64,000 bases of DNA, from NCBI GenBank assembly GCA_963700985.1, contig OY969554.1, positions 1,632,001 to 1,696,000 on the forward strand. Reading direction: 5' to 3'. Under the pieces are notes generated by a model. It had not been told where the DNA came from. It did no database searches and was given only the letters and a program-made list of their open reading frames with translations. Position 1 is the first letter of the stretch, and the number at the start of each line of letters is the position of its first letter. Shown one piece after another: positions 22,510 to 32,977 of the stretch. The DNA is from an uncultured Chlamydiales bacterium. Lineage in GTDB: Bacteria; Chlamydiota; Chlamydiia; Chlamydiales; Rhabdochlamydiaceae. Position numbers and translations under genes: made by a program.

Positions 22510-23250
22510 CGGGATAAAATCTAAATAGTCGCAGGAAGTGAGAAGATATTGGATTCCACGCGCTTCGCCAAACAGTGGAACATCTTTTTTCACATTATGC
22601 AAATGTCCAAAGACACAAATCTGAATCTTATATTCTTCGAGAATGTGTGAAGCCCTAGATGGCCGCAGATCTGCGCTAATGGGCGGATAGTGGGTCATGG
22701 CAATGCGCGTGGTAGCCTGAGGATCGAGTTTCTTAAGGCTTAGCTCAAGGCGCTGCAACTCCCTTTCAAAGATCTTTATGTCTTGCTCTTTCTGAGCGGC
22801 AAACTCTTCATCGGGCTTTTTATGAGCTAAGGGATTTTCTTGAAATTGAATATAGGGTCCAAAGCCGAACTCTTCCGTATCCCAAAGGCGCGCGCCGCCG
22901 ATGGTAATGCCGTTCCAATTGAACACGTCATTTTGAATAAAATGGATCGAAGGCGGCATGACGGCTTTTAGCTTTTTGGGTGAGTCCCACCAGAAGTCAT
23001 GGTTGCCTTTTAGGAGAAGTTTTGTGCCAGGAAGCTGTGCGATCCAATTTAAATCGACAAGCGCATCTTCCAATTTAGTGGCCCAGGAGATGTCGCCGGG
23101 AATGAGCACCAGATCTTCAGCTTTGATGCGCGCGCGCCAATTTTTTTCGATCTTATCGGTATAGCCTGCCCAGGCAGGGCCAAAAACTTCCATGCTCTTT
23201 TTTGGAATGCCAAAGGAGAGGTGCGGATCAGAAAGTGCGTAGACGGTCAT
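22495..23250 (-). CDS. Calcineurin-like metallophosphoesterase
   Basis: SDPHL, GDISW, GNHD, HYPP and FGHLH motifs. Confidence 0.9.
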   Translation of the reverse strand: MTVYALSDPHLSFGIPKKSMEVFGPAWAGYTDKIEKNWRARIKAEDLVLIPGDISWATKLEDALVDLNWIAQLPGTKLLLKGNHDFWWDSPKKLKAVMPPSIHFIQNDVFNWNGITIGGARLWDTEEFGFGPYIQFQENPLAHKKPDEEFAAQKEQDIKIFERELQRLELSLKKLDPQATTRIAMTHYPPISADLRPSRASHILEEYKIQICVFGHLHNVKKDVPLFGEARGIQYLLTSCDYLDFIPLKIL

Positions 23251-23255
23251 AAATA

Positions 23256-24557
23256 CTAAAGAATAAAACCGTCTGGAAGACGGGTACCTGAAGTTACGAT
23301 GATAATCCCGTCGCGAATATAAACGCCATTGCCATCATATTTTTGCAGCTGATCTTTGTTGATGAGCTGTACGTTATTGCCGATGCTGGATTGCTCGTCG
23401 ATGATTGCTTTCTGAATCAGGCAATTCTCCCCAATAGAAAACTCAGCAGGAAGTGGAGGAGATTGATGCGCCGGCGGTGTATAGAATTTATGACCGGTGA
23501 TGATCGAATCACGGATGATCGTGCCTTTTTTAACCTGCGAGCGATTGCCGATGATGCTATTTGAGATCTCTTTGGCGTAGATAATTGCACCTAAGCCGAT
23601 GAGCGAATTGTGAATTTCCGTGTCGTGGATTACGGGGCTGGGCAGTAGGTGGGCCGTGGTGTAAATCGGACTGTTTTCGTCATAAATATTGAGGCAGTTT
23701 TTGTGCATGATTAAGGCCAGATTAGCCTGATAATATGAGGCGATCGTGCCGATATCTTCCCAATAACCATCAAAGATAAATGCGTAGGTTTTGCCCTTCT
23801 TAACCTGGATGGGGATGAGGTGCTTTCCAAAATCCTCACCCTCTTCGCGTAAAAGCGCAATTAAGCAGCTGCGTTTAAAGATGTAGATACCCATCGAGCC
23901 TAAAAAACGCTGATTGGGCTGAAGATGGGAAACCTTCTTTCTAACGGGCGAATCACTGGGCAATTCGTAGAGTCTTAAGAGTTCTGCTGTATTGGGCTTT
24001 TCGTAAAAGCCTTGGACATGACTCTCGTCATCAATTTTCAAAAGCCCCATACGCTTGGCTTCAGGCTCTTCTACAGGCAGCGTGGCGATGACTAAATCGG
24101 CATCCGTTTCTCTCGCGAAGTTTAACATCGAGCTGAAATTGGTATTATAGAGCTGATCGCCCGCGAGAATCAGAAAGTAATCTGCAGAAGACTTAAGCAG
24201 ATGATCGAGATTTTGCCTTATCGCATCAGCCGTGCCTTTGAACCAGACTTTGCGATTTGGGCCGTCTTCGGGGGAGAGAATCTGAATATTTCCATTTTTA
24301 AAAAGATGCGAAGGAAAGCTGCTCAATACGTGTTGATGTAGATCAGATGCCAGGTATTGCGTAATGATATACATGTTATGGATCTTAGAATTCAGTGAGT
24401 TAGAAATGGGGATATCGATGAGGCGATAGCGCCCGGCAAAAGAGACGGCAGGTTTGCAGCGAAATTGCGTTAGCGGGAATAGGCGAGTGCCTTCACCCCC
24501 GGCAAGCACAATGGCGGTCACCTTGCTGGCGAATTCTTCTTGAGACTCTGGGGGCAT
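23256..24557 (-). CDS. glgC: Glucose-1-phosphate adenylyltransferase
   Basis: LAGGEGTRLFPLT, KPAV, FKGTADA, SMGIYIF and YWEDIGT motifs. Confidence 0.95.
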   Translation of the reverse strand: MPPESQEEFASKVTAIVLAGGEGTRLFPLTQFRCKPAVSFAGRYRLIDIPISNSLNSKIHNMYIITQYLASDLHQHVLSSFPSHLFKNGNIQILSPEDGPNRKVWFKGTADAIRQNLDHLLKSSADYFLILAGDQLYNTNFSSMLNFARETDADLVIATLPVEEPEAKRMGLLKIDDESHVQGFYEKPNTAELLRLYELPSDSPVRKKVSHLQPNQRFLGSMGIYIFKRSCLIALLREEGEDFGKHLIPIQVKKGKTYAFIFDGYWEDIGTIASYYQANLALIMHKNCLNIYDENSPIYTTAHLLPSPVIHDTEIHNSLIGLGAIIYAKEISNSIIGNRSQVKKGTIIRDSIITGHKFYTPPAHQSPPLPAEFSIGENCLIQKAIIDEQSSIGNNVQLINKDQLQKYDGNGVYIRDGIIIVTSGTRLPDGFIL

Positions 24558-24635
24558 GGATAATCCAAAAATGTATATTTAAATTTTTAATTAACATGTT
24601 TGGATATGAATTACAATGCTGGAGAGAGATGAGAA

Positions 24636-25586
24636 TTATTTATTTGCGCTAGAAATAGCTAAGTTCTTGATTTCGTGTGCATTATAGCTAGAGCGCACAA
24701 AGGGCCCTGCGTAGACATAACGCACGCCTAAGCTTTCGCCATAAGCTGCATAGGCTTTAAACTGATCAGGCGAAATGAAAGCCTTTACCGTCAATTTACG
24801 GCGATTTGGTTGAAGGTAATGCCCGATGGTGATGATATCACAGCCCACCGCATGCAGGTCGAAAATGGTCTGTTTAACCTCCTCTTCGCTTTCTCCCAGG
24901 CCAACCATAATGCCCGACTTAACAAACTGACTGCGTCCACGTTGCTTAACGTGCTGCAAAATGCTTAGAGTTCTTTCATAGGTGGCCTTGTGCCTAACCC
25001 GAGGCGTTAGGGAGCGCACGGTTTCGATATTGTGGTTGAAAATTTCAGGACGCTCTTCGAGGACTAGATCTACCGCCTCTAGGTTGCCATTGAAATCTGA
25101 AGTGAGCACTTCGATGGTGACTTCTGGATCATGTTTGCGGACTTCGCGAATGATGGCAGCAAGGTGAGCTGCCCCGCCATCGGGTAGATCATCTCGGGCG
25201 ACCATGGTGATCACCACATGCTTCAAACCCAGCTCTTTTACGGAAAGCGCAATACGCAAAGGCTCATCTTTTTCTGGTCCCTTTGGCTGTTTAGAGAAGT
25301 CGATATCGCAAAAACCGCAATTGCGCGAACACTCTTTTCCAAGCGCGAGAAAAGTGGCCGTTTTCTTGCTATAACACTCGAAACGATTAGGACATTTTGC
25401 CTCTTCGCAAACGGTGTTAAGTCGATACTTCTCTAAGATCGTATTGGTCTTAAAGAGGTTTCCCCCTATAGGCAATTTACGATGTAGCCAGGAGGGGAAA
25501 CGTCCGAGACCGACCGCTTTTTCTTCAGCAGGTTCTTGATAGAGGGGAAGAGGATTTAGTTTTCGGCCTGGAGTCGCTTCGCTCAT
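24636..25586 (-). CDS. lipA: Lipoyl synthase
   Basis: CEEAKCPNRFEC, radical SAM motif CSRNCGFC, VRSSY. Start overlaps the lpdA stop (ATGA). Confidence 0.96.
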   Translation of the reverse strand: MSEATPGRKLNPLPLYQEPAEEKAVGLGRFPSWLHRKLPIGGNLFKTNTILEKYRLNTVCEEAKCPNRFECYSKKTATFLALGKECSRNCGFCDIDFSKQPKGPEKDEPLRIALSVKELGLKHVVITMVARDDLPDGGAAHLAAIIREVRKHDPEVTIEVLTSDFNGNLEAVDLVLEERPEIFNHNIETVRSLTPRVRHKATYERTLSILQHVKQRGRSQFVKSGIMVGLGESEEEVKQTIFDLHAVGCDIITIGHYLQPNRRKLTVKAFISPDQFKAYAAYGESLGVRYVYAGPFVRSSYNAHEIKNLAISSANK

Positions 25587-26986
25587 TTTTTGCTCTTTGG
25601 GGGAAAATGGATGGGAGTATTTTGAGCCAATAGGGCCGCTTCCAGCCACGCTTCTGGTGTAGTCGGGTGAGCATGAATGGTGTCAGCCACGCTCTCTGTG
25701 GTCAATTCGTTGGCGATAGCTAGTGTTGCCTCAGCAATCAACACGGAAGCATCGTGCCCAACGACCTGTGCACCATAAATCTCGCCAGTCTTTGAATCCG
25801 CAACTACTTGCGCAAAGCCTTCTGCCTCTTGAGAGGCAATCGACTTACCAAGTGCCTGGAAAGGAAATCTACCAACAACTGCTGTCGCGTGCCCAGCTTC
25901 GAGGGCTTGTTCAAGCGTCATGCCCACAGTTGCAATCTCAGGGGAAGTAAAGATCACTGATGGAACGGCGTTGTAATGCATAATTGACTCTTTACCCGCA
26001 GCATTATTAGCTGCCACGATGCCTTGATGCGAGGCGACATGCGCCAGCATAAACTTGCCAGTCACATCTCCCACAGCGTAAATCCCAGGCACGTTGGTCT
26101 CCATCTTATCGTTTACGATAACTGCGCCTTTTGCATCCACCTTTACGCCAGCTTTCTCAAGACCTAGGCCATAAGAAACGATCTTTCTGCCAACTGCTAC
26201 AAGCGTGATGTCATATGCCGCAGGGGGCTTATCTTTCATGCGGACGAGCACGCCATCATGCGAAGCGTCGATCCCTTCCACAAAGACTCCGGTTTGGATT
26301 TCGATTTTCTTTTGCTGGAAAGCGCGCGTCAGGACTTCAGAGATGGTTTTTCCTTGTGCGAGCACGATTGAAGGCAGTGCCTCCAAGATGGTCACGCGGA
26401 CACCTAATTCAGCAAAAAGAGAGGCAAACTCACATCCGATGTAGCCGCCACCAATGATCGCAATGGATTTTGGCAAGGTGGTTATTTCCATGATGGAAGT
26501 AGAGTTGAAAATCTTCTTGTGATCGCAAGGAAAGGCTGGAATATCCATCGGCTCAGACCCGGTTGCAATCACGATCTTTTCGGCCGCAACTAAGCAGTTG
26601 TCTTGACCTTGCACTTTGAGTTCAGAGGGCGAGAGAAATTCAGCTTGTCCGCGCAGAATCGTGATCTGGTTGGACAAGATCAGCCCTTCCAGACTCTTGC
26701 GAATTTTTTGCACAACCGCATCTTTGCGCTCTTTCATCTTCTGATAATCAAAGGAAACAGAACCGACAGTGATTCCAAATGCGCTAGCTTCGTTTACTCT
26801 TTTCAATGCATGTGAGCCTGCCAGCAATGTCTTCGTAGGAATACAGCCGACATTGAGACAAGTTCCCCCTAAGTTTCCACGTTCAATCAGACAAACCTTT
26901 TTTCCGTAATGCGTGGCTTTAATCGCTGTGACATAGCCACCTGTTCCTCCGCCAACTACCACTAGATCAAAAATCTTTTTTTCCAT
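25583..26986 (-). CDS. lpdA: Dihydrolipoamide dehydrogenase
   Basis: GGGTGGY, GGTCLNVGCIP, GGGYIG and HAHPT motifs; start placed at MEKK. Confidence 0.96.
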   Translation of the reverse strand: MEKKIFDLVVVGGGTGGYVTAIKATHYGKKVCLIERGNLGGTCLNVGCIPTKTLLAGSHALKRVNEASAFGITVGSVSFDYQKMKERKDAVVQKIRKSLEGLILSNQITILRGQAEFLSPSELKVQGQDNCLVAAEKIVIATGSEPMDIPAFPCDHKKIFNSTSIMEITTLPKSIAIIGGGYIGCEFASLFAELGVRVTILEALPSIVLAQGKTISEVLTRAFQQKKIEIQTGVFVEGIDASHDGVLVRMKDKPPAAYDITLVAVGRKIVSYGLGLEKAGVKVDAKGAVIVNDKMETNVPGIYAVGDVTGKFMLAHVASHQGIVAANNAAGKESIMHYNAVPSVIFTSPEIATVGMTLEQALEAGHATAVVGRFPFQALGKSIASQEAEGFAQVVADSKTGEIYGAQVVGHDASVLIAEATLAIANELTTESVADTIHAHPTTPEAWLEAALLAQNTPIHFPPKSKK

Positions 26987-27127
26987 AGAACTCGAGCTTC
27001 CCTTTTTTTGTTTCGAGTTTAACGGTTTCAGGAAAATGCTGCTATTGGAAAGGATAGATGAAAATAGAATAGAAAATTTGTGGCACTTATGACAGGATGA
27101 AAGAGAAAGCAAGTATGAGGTAGTGTT

Positions 27128-27652
27128 ATGAAACCAACAGATCGACAAAAAATGTGTTCAAATTGCGATGGTAGAATTGCTTTTGAAGCAGCGGTCTGTC
27201 CCTATTGCGGCGCAGAACAAGCTGAATCTTCGGATTCCGCGCAAATGCAGCTTTTTAAACATCAATCTTTGCAAGAGAGCCTAACTTCGCTCTACTCGCC
27301 CCCATATTCGCAAAGATCAACAACTTACGGGACGGAAGAGAGCGAGCCGGTGAAGAAGAAAACTGAAACATTTAAAGAAGTCAAAACAGTCACTTCTGGT
27401 TTAGGAGCCACAACCATGCAGATGAATACCGCAGAGGCCGAAAGCAGCGAAGTAAAGAGCCAAAATCCTCTGATGCCTATTCTGCTCTTATCAGTTGGAA
27501 GCAACCTCTGTCTTTTAGGTCTGCTTCAATTCTTTTTCTCTGAAAGCGGATTTTTGAAATTAGAATGGGATGCAAGCTACTGGTTTATCTATTGCCTCAT
27601 CGCTCTTCCAATGCTCTATTTCGGCATCAAAAAAGCTGGCAATTTCAAATAA
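27128..27652 (+). CDS. Hypothetical protein with N-terminal zinc ribbon and two C-terminal TM helices
   Basis: CSNC...CPYC motif; divergent from lpdA. Confidence 0.7.
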   Translation: MKPTDRQKMCSNCDGRIAFEAAVCPYCGAEQAESSDSAQMQLFKHQSLQESLTSLYSPPYSQRSTTYGTEESEPVKKKTETFKEVKTVTSGLGATTMQMNTAEAESSEVKSQNPLMPILLLSVGSNLCLLGLLQFFFSESGFLKLEWDASYWFIYCLIALPMLYFGIKKAGNFK

Positions 27653-27659
27653 GTTTCAT

Positions 27660-27678
27660 GTGCCCGCATCGCGGGCAC
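27660..27678. terminator. GC-rich hairpin between convergent genes
   Basis: Perfect 8-bp stem GTGCCCGC-ATC-GCGGGCAC; no clear U-tract. Confidence 0.45.
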
Positions 27679-27694
27679 GTATCTATTACAAAAA

Positions 27695-27757
27695 TAACAG
27701 GATACGCAAGATTAAGAGAAAAAACAGCTTCTCTTTCTTATCCTGCCTATCCTGTTA
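27695..27757. repeat. Imperfect inverted repeat of CAGGAT-like subrepeats (REP-like), downstream of secA
   Basis: TAACAGGATACGCAAGATTAAGA versus reverse complement of right arm TAACAGGATAGGCAGGATAAGA. Confidence 0.6.
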
Positions 27758-27776
27758 CTCTCCTTTCTAAAATGAA

Positions 27777-30728
27777 CTAAGTCATTAGGTCTGCGCCGGC
27801 TTCGAAGAAGTCGGGAAGCAGTGAGAGGTCAGTGCGGTGCTGGATGCGTGGTGCCTGGTTAGATGGCGGCAGACGCTTTTCTTCAGGTTCTGGCAGCACC
27901 ATTGCAAATTTAAACAGCGCATGTGCGATCTCTAATTTGATCTTAGAGCCGAGCGTTTCAAAGAGAGCAAACGCCTCGTGTTTAAATTCCGTAAGAGGAT
28001 CTTTTTGCCCAATCGAGCGTAAATGCACCTCAGCGCGCAAGTGATCGATATTGAGCAGGTGTTCTTGCCAGAACTGGTCGATTGTTCGGATGAGCACGTT
28101 ACGCACAACTTCTTTCAAAATGCCATCGGGCTGCATGGCAGCTGTGGCAGGCGAAAGGGTCTGTTGGGCTTGCATAAGAATGCTCTGATCAAGCGCGAGC
28201 TTATCGCGGAAGGCTTTGATCACCATCTCTTTAGCTTTGTGTTCGAGCTCTTCAGCATTGGAGTATTCGTTCTCGAACTCTTCTTTTTCAAAGTTAACTG
28301 GGAACTGAGTGATTAGCCACTGACGGTAGCCTTCTACATCCCAGCCGCCAGGAGTCGAGCGACTCGAGAGGAACTGGTGTGCCATCTGCGCGCAAACTTC
28401 ATCTAAAACCTCTTCGGCAATGGCGGTGGCATCTTCGACGTGCAGAACCTCATTGCGGAAGGCGTAAATCTCGGAGCGCTGCTTATTCATCACATCGTCA
28501 TATTCTAACGTGTGTTTGCGCATCGTGTAGTTGCGCTGTTCTACTCGTTTTTGAGCAGTTTCAATCGACTTATTCAATACTTTCGCAGAGATAGGCTCGC
28601 CTTCGGGCGGGCGGAAGCGCTGCAGGAAAGAAGTGATACGTGGCGAGGTAAAAAGGCGCATCAACGAATCTTCAAATGAGACGTAGAATTTAGATGAACC
28701 GGGGTCTCCTAGACGGGCGCTTCGTCCGCGCAGCTGTCTATCGATACGACGGGATTGGTGACGTGTGGTGCCAATAACATGTAATCCACCGAGTTCAGCA
28801 ACACCGGGTTTCAGTTTAATGTCTGTGCCGCGGCCTGCCATATTGGTGGCCACAGTGATCGTGCCTTGACTACCGGCCTCAGCAATGATCTCCGCTTCGC
28901 GTGCATGATTTTTCGCATTTAGCACAGTAGGCTCAAGCTTACCCTGTTTTAAAATGCGTGCGAGTTTTTCTGAAACCTCGACCGATTCCGTACCGATTAG
29001 GATAGGGCGGCCTTGTGAGTGAATCTCTAGGATGTCTTTTAAGATCGCATTATATTTTTCACGCTCGGTCATGTAGATCTCATCGTCGGCATCTTTTCGA
29101 TTGCATCCACGATGCGTAGGGATAGCGAGTACATCGAGCTTATAAATATCTTTGAATTCGTTAGCTTCAGTCATCGCCGTTCCGGTCATGCCCGAGAGCT
29201 TGTTGTACAGACGGAAGTAGTTCTGCAGCGTGATCGTCGCATAGGTCTGCGTCTCTTGCTGGATCGCCACGCCTTCTTTGGCTTCGATCGACTGGTGCAA
29301 GCCGTCTGAGAAACGGCGCCCTGGCTGAGGACGTCCAGTGTTCTCATCGATAATCACAACCTTGTTTTCAGCGATGATGTAATCGACATCTTTTTCCATC
29401 AGCAAATGTGCGCGGAAGAGCTGTCTTAAGTTGTGCGAGCGCTCTTTGCGTTTCGAATCCTCTTCGCGTAGAGCAATTTTTTGCTGGAGTTTTTCAGCTT
29501 CATTTAGCTCTAGATTTTCATCGATTTTTGCATATTCGCCACCGAGATCGAGCATGACAAAGTCATGTTCATTGCTGATGTCTGCTTGCATTTGAATCCA
29601 AGCATGGATGCCTTTATCGGTTAGCTCGTACTCATTTGCGCGCTCGTCTACGATGATGTAGAGATCGGCTAATGCTGTAGCACGCTCTTCTTTGTTCGGC
29701 TCAGAATAATAGTAAGTGTCCCAGCTCTCAATTTCAGCACGTAGATCGGGATCTTCGCGCATGCGCTTTAAGACTTTATTCTGAGGTGTACCTTTGGCTA
29801 CTAGCCAGAATTTACGGAAAGCTTCTTTTGCTTCAGCTTCTTGCTTTTTCTCTAGCTTGGGCTTCTCGCCTTCAACTAGCATTCCAAGCTGTTCAAGCGT
29901 TTTGCGCGCTTCGGTAGCGATGCGATTACAATGATCTCGTTGCACTCGAACTAAGTTGGCTACGCCATCTTTTAGTTCATCGTACATCTGTCTTGAAGAA
30001 GCGGAAGGACCAGAGATGATCAGAGGCGTGCGTGCCTCATCGATTAGAATTGAGTCAACTTCGTCGATAATGGCAAAGTAGTGGCCTCTTTGGCACTGCT
30101 CATCTTTGCTCTGCACCATCGAATTATCTCTTAAATAATCGAAGCCGAATTCAGAAGAGGTTCCATAGACGATATCGGCGGCATAGATGCTTTTACGGAG
30201 GTGATGAGGTGTGCCGGATACCAGCGCTCGAACTTCAAGCCCAAGCCAGCGGAAGATTGTGCCGATCCAGTCGCAGTCGCGCTGAGCGAGGTAGTCGTTG
30301 ACGGTTACCAGGTGCACAGGCTTGCCTGTCAAAGCATTCAGATAGAGAGGAAGCGTGGCTGTAAGTGTTTTTCCTTCGCCGGTTTGCATCTCAGCAATGG
30401 CCCCAAAGTGCATAGCGATTGCACCCTGAATCTGCACATCGTAGGGAACCATATCCCATTTTTGGTCATAGCCAGAGACGTGGGCTTCTGTGCCGCACAT
30501 ACGACGGCAAGCGTTTTTAACAGCAGCATAAGCTTCTGGGAGGATCTGTTCGGTTGTTTCGCCTTTGGCGATGCGCTCGCGAAATTCAATCGTCTTATTT
30601 TTTAACTCTTGGTCGCTTAAAGATTTAAAGCGTTCGTCCCATATGTTAACCTGGGTGACGAGTTTTGCATACTTCTTAAGCGTACGACCTTGAGCTGTGC
30701 CAAATATTTTTTTAACTATTCCAAACAT
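27777..30728 (-). CDS. secA: Preprotein translocase ATPase SecA
   Basis: EMQTGEGKT, DEVDSILIDEARTPL, ATNMAGRGTDI and QLRGRSAR motifs. Confidence 0.98.
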   Translation of the reverse strand: MFGIVKKIFGTAQGRTLKKYAKLVTQVNIWDERFKSLSDQELKNKTIEFRERIAKGETTEQILPEAYAAVKNACRRMCGTEAHVSGYDQKWDMVPYDVQIQGAIAMHFGAIAEMQTGEGKTLTATLPLYLNALTGKPVHLVTVNDYLAQRDCDWIGTIFRWLGLEVRALVSGTPHHLRKSIYAADIVYGTSSEFGFDYLRDNSMVQSKDEQCQRGHYFAIIDEVDSILIDEARTPLIISGPSASSRQMYDELKDGVANLVRVQRDHCNRIATEARKTLEQLGMLVEGEKPKLEKKQEAEAKEAFRKFWLVAKGTPQNKVLKRMREDPDLRAEIESWDTYYYSEPNKEERATALADLYIIVDERANEYELTDKGIHAWIQMQADISNEHDFVMLDLGGEYAKIDENLELNEAEKLQQKIALREEDSKRKERSHNLRQLFRAHLLMEKDVDYIIAENKVVIIDENTGRPQPGRRFSDGLHQSIEAKEGVAIQQETQTYATITLQNYFRLYNKLSGMTGTAMTEANEFKDIYKLDVLAIPTHRGCNRKDADDEIYMTEREKYNAILKDILEIHSQGRPILIGTESVEVSEKLARILKQGKLEPTVLNAKNHAREAEIIAEAGSQGTITVATNMAGRGTDIKLKPGVAELGGLHVIGTTRHQSRRIDRQLRGRSARLGDPGSSKFYVSFEDSLMRLFTSPRITSFLQRFRPPEGEPISAKVLNKSIETAQKRVEQRNYTMRKHTLEYDDVMNKQRSEIYAFRNEVLHVEDATAIAEEVLDEVCAQMAHQFLSSRSTPGGWDVEGYRQWLITQFPVNFEKEEFENEYSNAEELEHKAKEMVIKAFRDKLALDQSILMQAQQTLSPATAAMQPDGILKEVVRNVLIRTIDQFWQEHLLNIDHLRAEVHLRSIGQKDPLTEFKHEAFALFETLGSKIKLEIAHALFKFAMVLPEPEEKRLPPSNQAPRIQHRTDLSLLPDFFEAGADLMT

Positions 30729-30942
30729 GAAGATTTACCCTAAGCGATGTTGTTTCCAGGCTAGGTCATCGATGCATTTCCTGCAACAAGATGAGTGCTC
30801 CATTATAGATCGAAAAGGCATTGAAATCAACCAACTAAAATATTTACTTGGTAAATTATTAATTTAGATATTTCTATTTAGTGAAATTAAGAAATAAATC
30901 AGTTATAATTTATGCATTAATCAATCAAACGACGAGGTTTTT

Positions 30943-32544
30943 ATGACAACTATAGTAAATGGCAAGGGAACTCAACCCGCAGTTCTCCCAAGCCAGCCAA
31001 AGGATCAGCAAGATAATGACAATACATTCGTTAGAGTTAATCCAAATTCTAAAGACTCAATTGAATCCGCATCTACGCCAGATTCTCAACCAGCTGAATC
31101 TTGCTGCGATGGATTTTATCATGTCATCCAAGGTTGTGTAGTCACACCATTTTCAGCATGCGCAAGCGCCGTTTGGTATGTTCTTACTGCTCCTTTTGTT
31201 TTGGGTGCTGCATGTTTGTCAGGATTCTTTTCTTGGATTGCGAGCCTTTGTGGTGCGGGCGCTGAAGAAAACCTTTCTCATCCATTTCACGCAGCATGCG
31301 AAAGTGGCGATGTAGCTGCACTAAGACAAATGATTGGTCAAGAAGGATTCGATGTGAATTTTACCGACGCACATGGCAGCTCTCTTCTCGACTATCTGCT
31401 CTATTTCAACCATTTCGCACTGATTCCGGAACTTATTAATGCCGGTGCTAATGTAAATGCGCAGGATAAGCTCGGCACAACTCTATTGCATAGACTTTGT
31501 CTGGCCCGCTATATGGATGCATCTGTTAAGACAGAAGGCTTAGACGAAGCAGAGCGTTTGATCGATATCGTCCTTATAAAAGGAGCGGATATCTCGCTTA
31601 AAGACAATTCGGGAAACACGCCTCTGCATGTTGCTTGCAAAGAGCGCTCTCATGTGGCCGCAAAAAGCGTCGTTTTAGCTTCTAAAGATCTGAGTGTGGA
31701 TATCAACGCCGTGAATAAGAATGGCGAAACACCCCTGCATCTGGCTTGCGCCACTGGAGCGAGTCCAAGTTCAGAAAAGATTATTCAATCCCTTAAGAAC
31801 AATGGGGCGAATGTCATGGCTTTGGATAAAAACGGAAGAACACCTTTACATCGTTTTTGTGCCCACGAAGCTCTTATTGCTCGTAATGTTAAGCAAAAAA
31901 ATAGAGCGCTGGCGCATGGTGCATTAACGATCGATCCACGCGATAGAAAAAAAATGATTCTTTTGGCTCTTTCTAAAGGCCACGGCTTTAATGTTAATGC
32001 TAGAGACAAAAGTGGAGCGACCGCACTTCATTTAGCATGTAAAGCAGGGAATTTAAAAGTCGCAATGATCCTCATGACAGACCATCAAGCAAAGCCTAAC
32101 GTGGCGGATAAGAAAGGCAGAACTCCTTTTCATTATGCTGTTATCGATGGGAAAATGGAGATGATAAGAGCATTGTATGTAGCTGACGCAGATATCAATG
32201 CACGTGATAAACAAGGCTGCACCCCATTCTTCTTACTCGAGCGCAATGGGAAACCATTAGATCCAAAAATTCGCAAAGAGGTTGGGCAGCTACTCTTAGT
32301 AGACTTAGGTGCAAATCCTGAAATTGGAAATAATAAAGGAGAAAAAGCGCCTGTGCGCTTTGCTTATGAGCTTGACGCCGCTGAAGCAGCTGCAATTATA
32401 GCAGAAGCTGTGGCTGAAGTTGCTCCAGTAGAAATTCCAGCTCCCGAAGCACTCGATGTAGCATCGCTTGTGCACCAAGCTTCAAGAAAGAGCGTGATTG
32501 AATCAGCTATCTTTATTGATTTATCGGATGATGAAAGCGAATAA
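30943..32544 (+). CDS. Ankyrin repeat protein with N-terminal hydrophobic segment (putative effector)
   Basis: Multiple G.TPLH.AC repeats; polar N-terminus followed by a long hydrophobic, Cys-rich stretch. Confidence 0.88.
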   Translation: MTTIVNGKGTQPAVLPSQPKDQQDNDNTFVRVNPNSKDSIESASTPDSQPAESCCDGFYHVIQGCVVTPFSACASAVWYVLTAPFVLGAACLSGFFSWIASLCGAGAEENLSHPFHAACESGDVAALRQMIGQEGFDVNFTDAHGSSLLDYLLYFNHFALIPELINAGANVNAQDKLGTTLLHRLCLARYMDASVKTEGLDEAERLIDIVLIKGADISLKDNSGNTPLHVACKERSHVAAKSVVLASKDLSVDINAVNKNGETPLHLACATGASPSSEKIIQSLKNNGANVMALDKNGRTPLHRFCAHEALIARNVKQKNRALAHGALTIDPRDRKKMILLALSKGHGFNVNARDKSGATALHLACKAGNLKVAMILMTDHQAKPNVADKKGRTPFHYAVIDGKMEMIRALYVADADINARDKQGCTPFFLLERNGKPLDPKIRKEVGQLLLVDLGANPEIGNNKGEKAPVRFAYELDAAEAAAIIAEAVAEVAPVEIPAPEALDVASLVHQASRKSVIESAIFIDLSDDESE

Positions 32545-32562
32545 TTCGATACTCGCATAATT

Positions 32563-32592
32563 TTGACAACAAAGTCTGGTTCACACCATACT
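32563..32592 (+). promoter_or_regulatory. Putative sigma66 promoter for the 32600/psd genes
   Basis: TTGACA-18 nt-CATACT, ending 7 nt before the ATG at 32600; may give a leaderless transcript. Confidence 0.4.
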
Positions 32593-32599
32593 CGTGCGC

Positions 32600-32971
32600 A
32601 TGAGAATTCTATTTTTGATCACCCTTTTAGGCATCTCTTCTCTCCCAGCGGACACACCGCTGGAAGAGAAAGTGCATGCGCTAAGCGAGGAAGAGTCTAA
32701 AGTTGTAGATCATCTCATTGAGGCTACACTGCAAAAGCTCGATCAGCAGAAAGATCTGAAAAATCTCATGCTTCTGTTTCGTGCACAAGAAGAGCGCTTT
32801 TTCCGTGGAGATCAATCTAAAGAGCACGCCGCCAAAATGGTCAATAGCGCCCGGCAGATCTTAGATATCATCAGAAAAACGCATCTTGAGCATCTGTTCT
32901 CTTCCGAATATTTAGAAGAGTTGGCATTGTTTTCTTCAATTGCGGGCAAAACAGCTCCTGCGCGTCCCTAA
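32600..32971 (+). CDS. Small exported hypothetical protein
   Basis: Signal-peptide-like N-terminus, helical; directly upstream of psd. Confidence 0.6.
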   Translation: MRILFLITLLGISSLPADTPLEEKVHALSEEESKVVDHLIEATLQKLDQQKDLKNLMLLFRAQEERFFRGDQSKEHAAKMVNSARQILDIIRKTHLEHLFSSEYLEELALFSSIAGKTAPARP

Positions 32972-32977
32972 TTCTCT

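Noticed and set aside
26987-27148. N-terminal extension of LpdA (likewise the long starts given for eno, lipA, waaF, wza and the NAS-like gene)
   Set aside because: The extensions overlap neighbouring genes or promoters. Downstream ATGs fit the family N-termini and gene coupling better.
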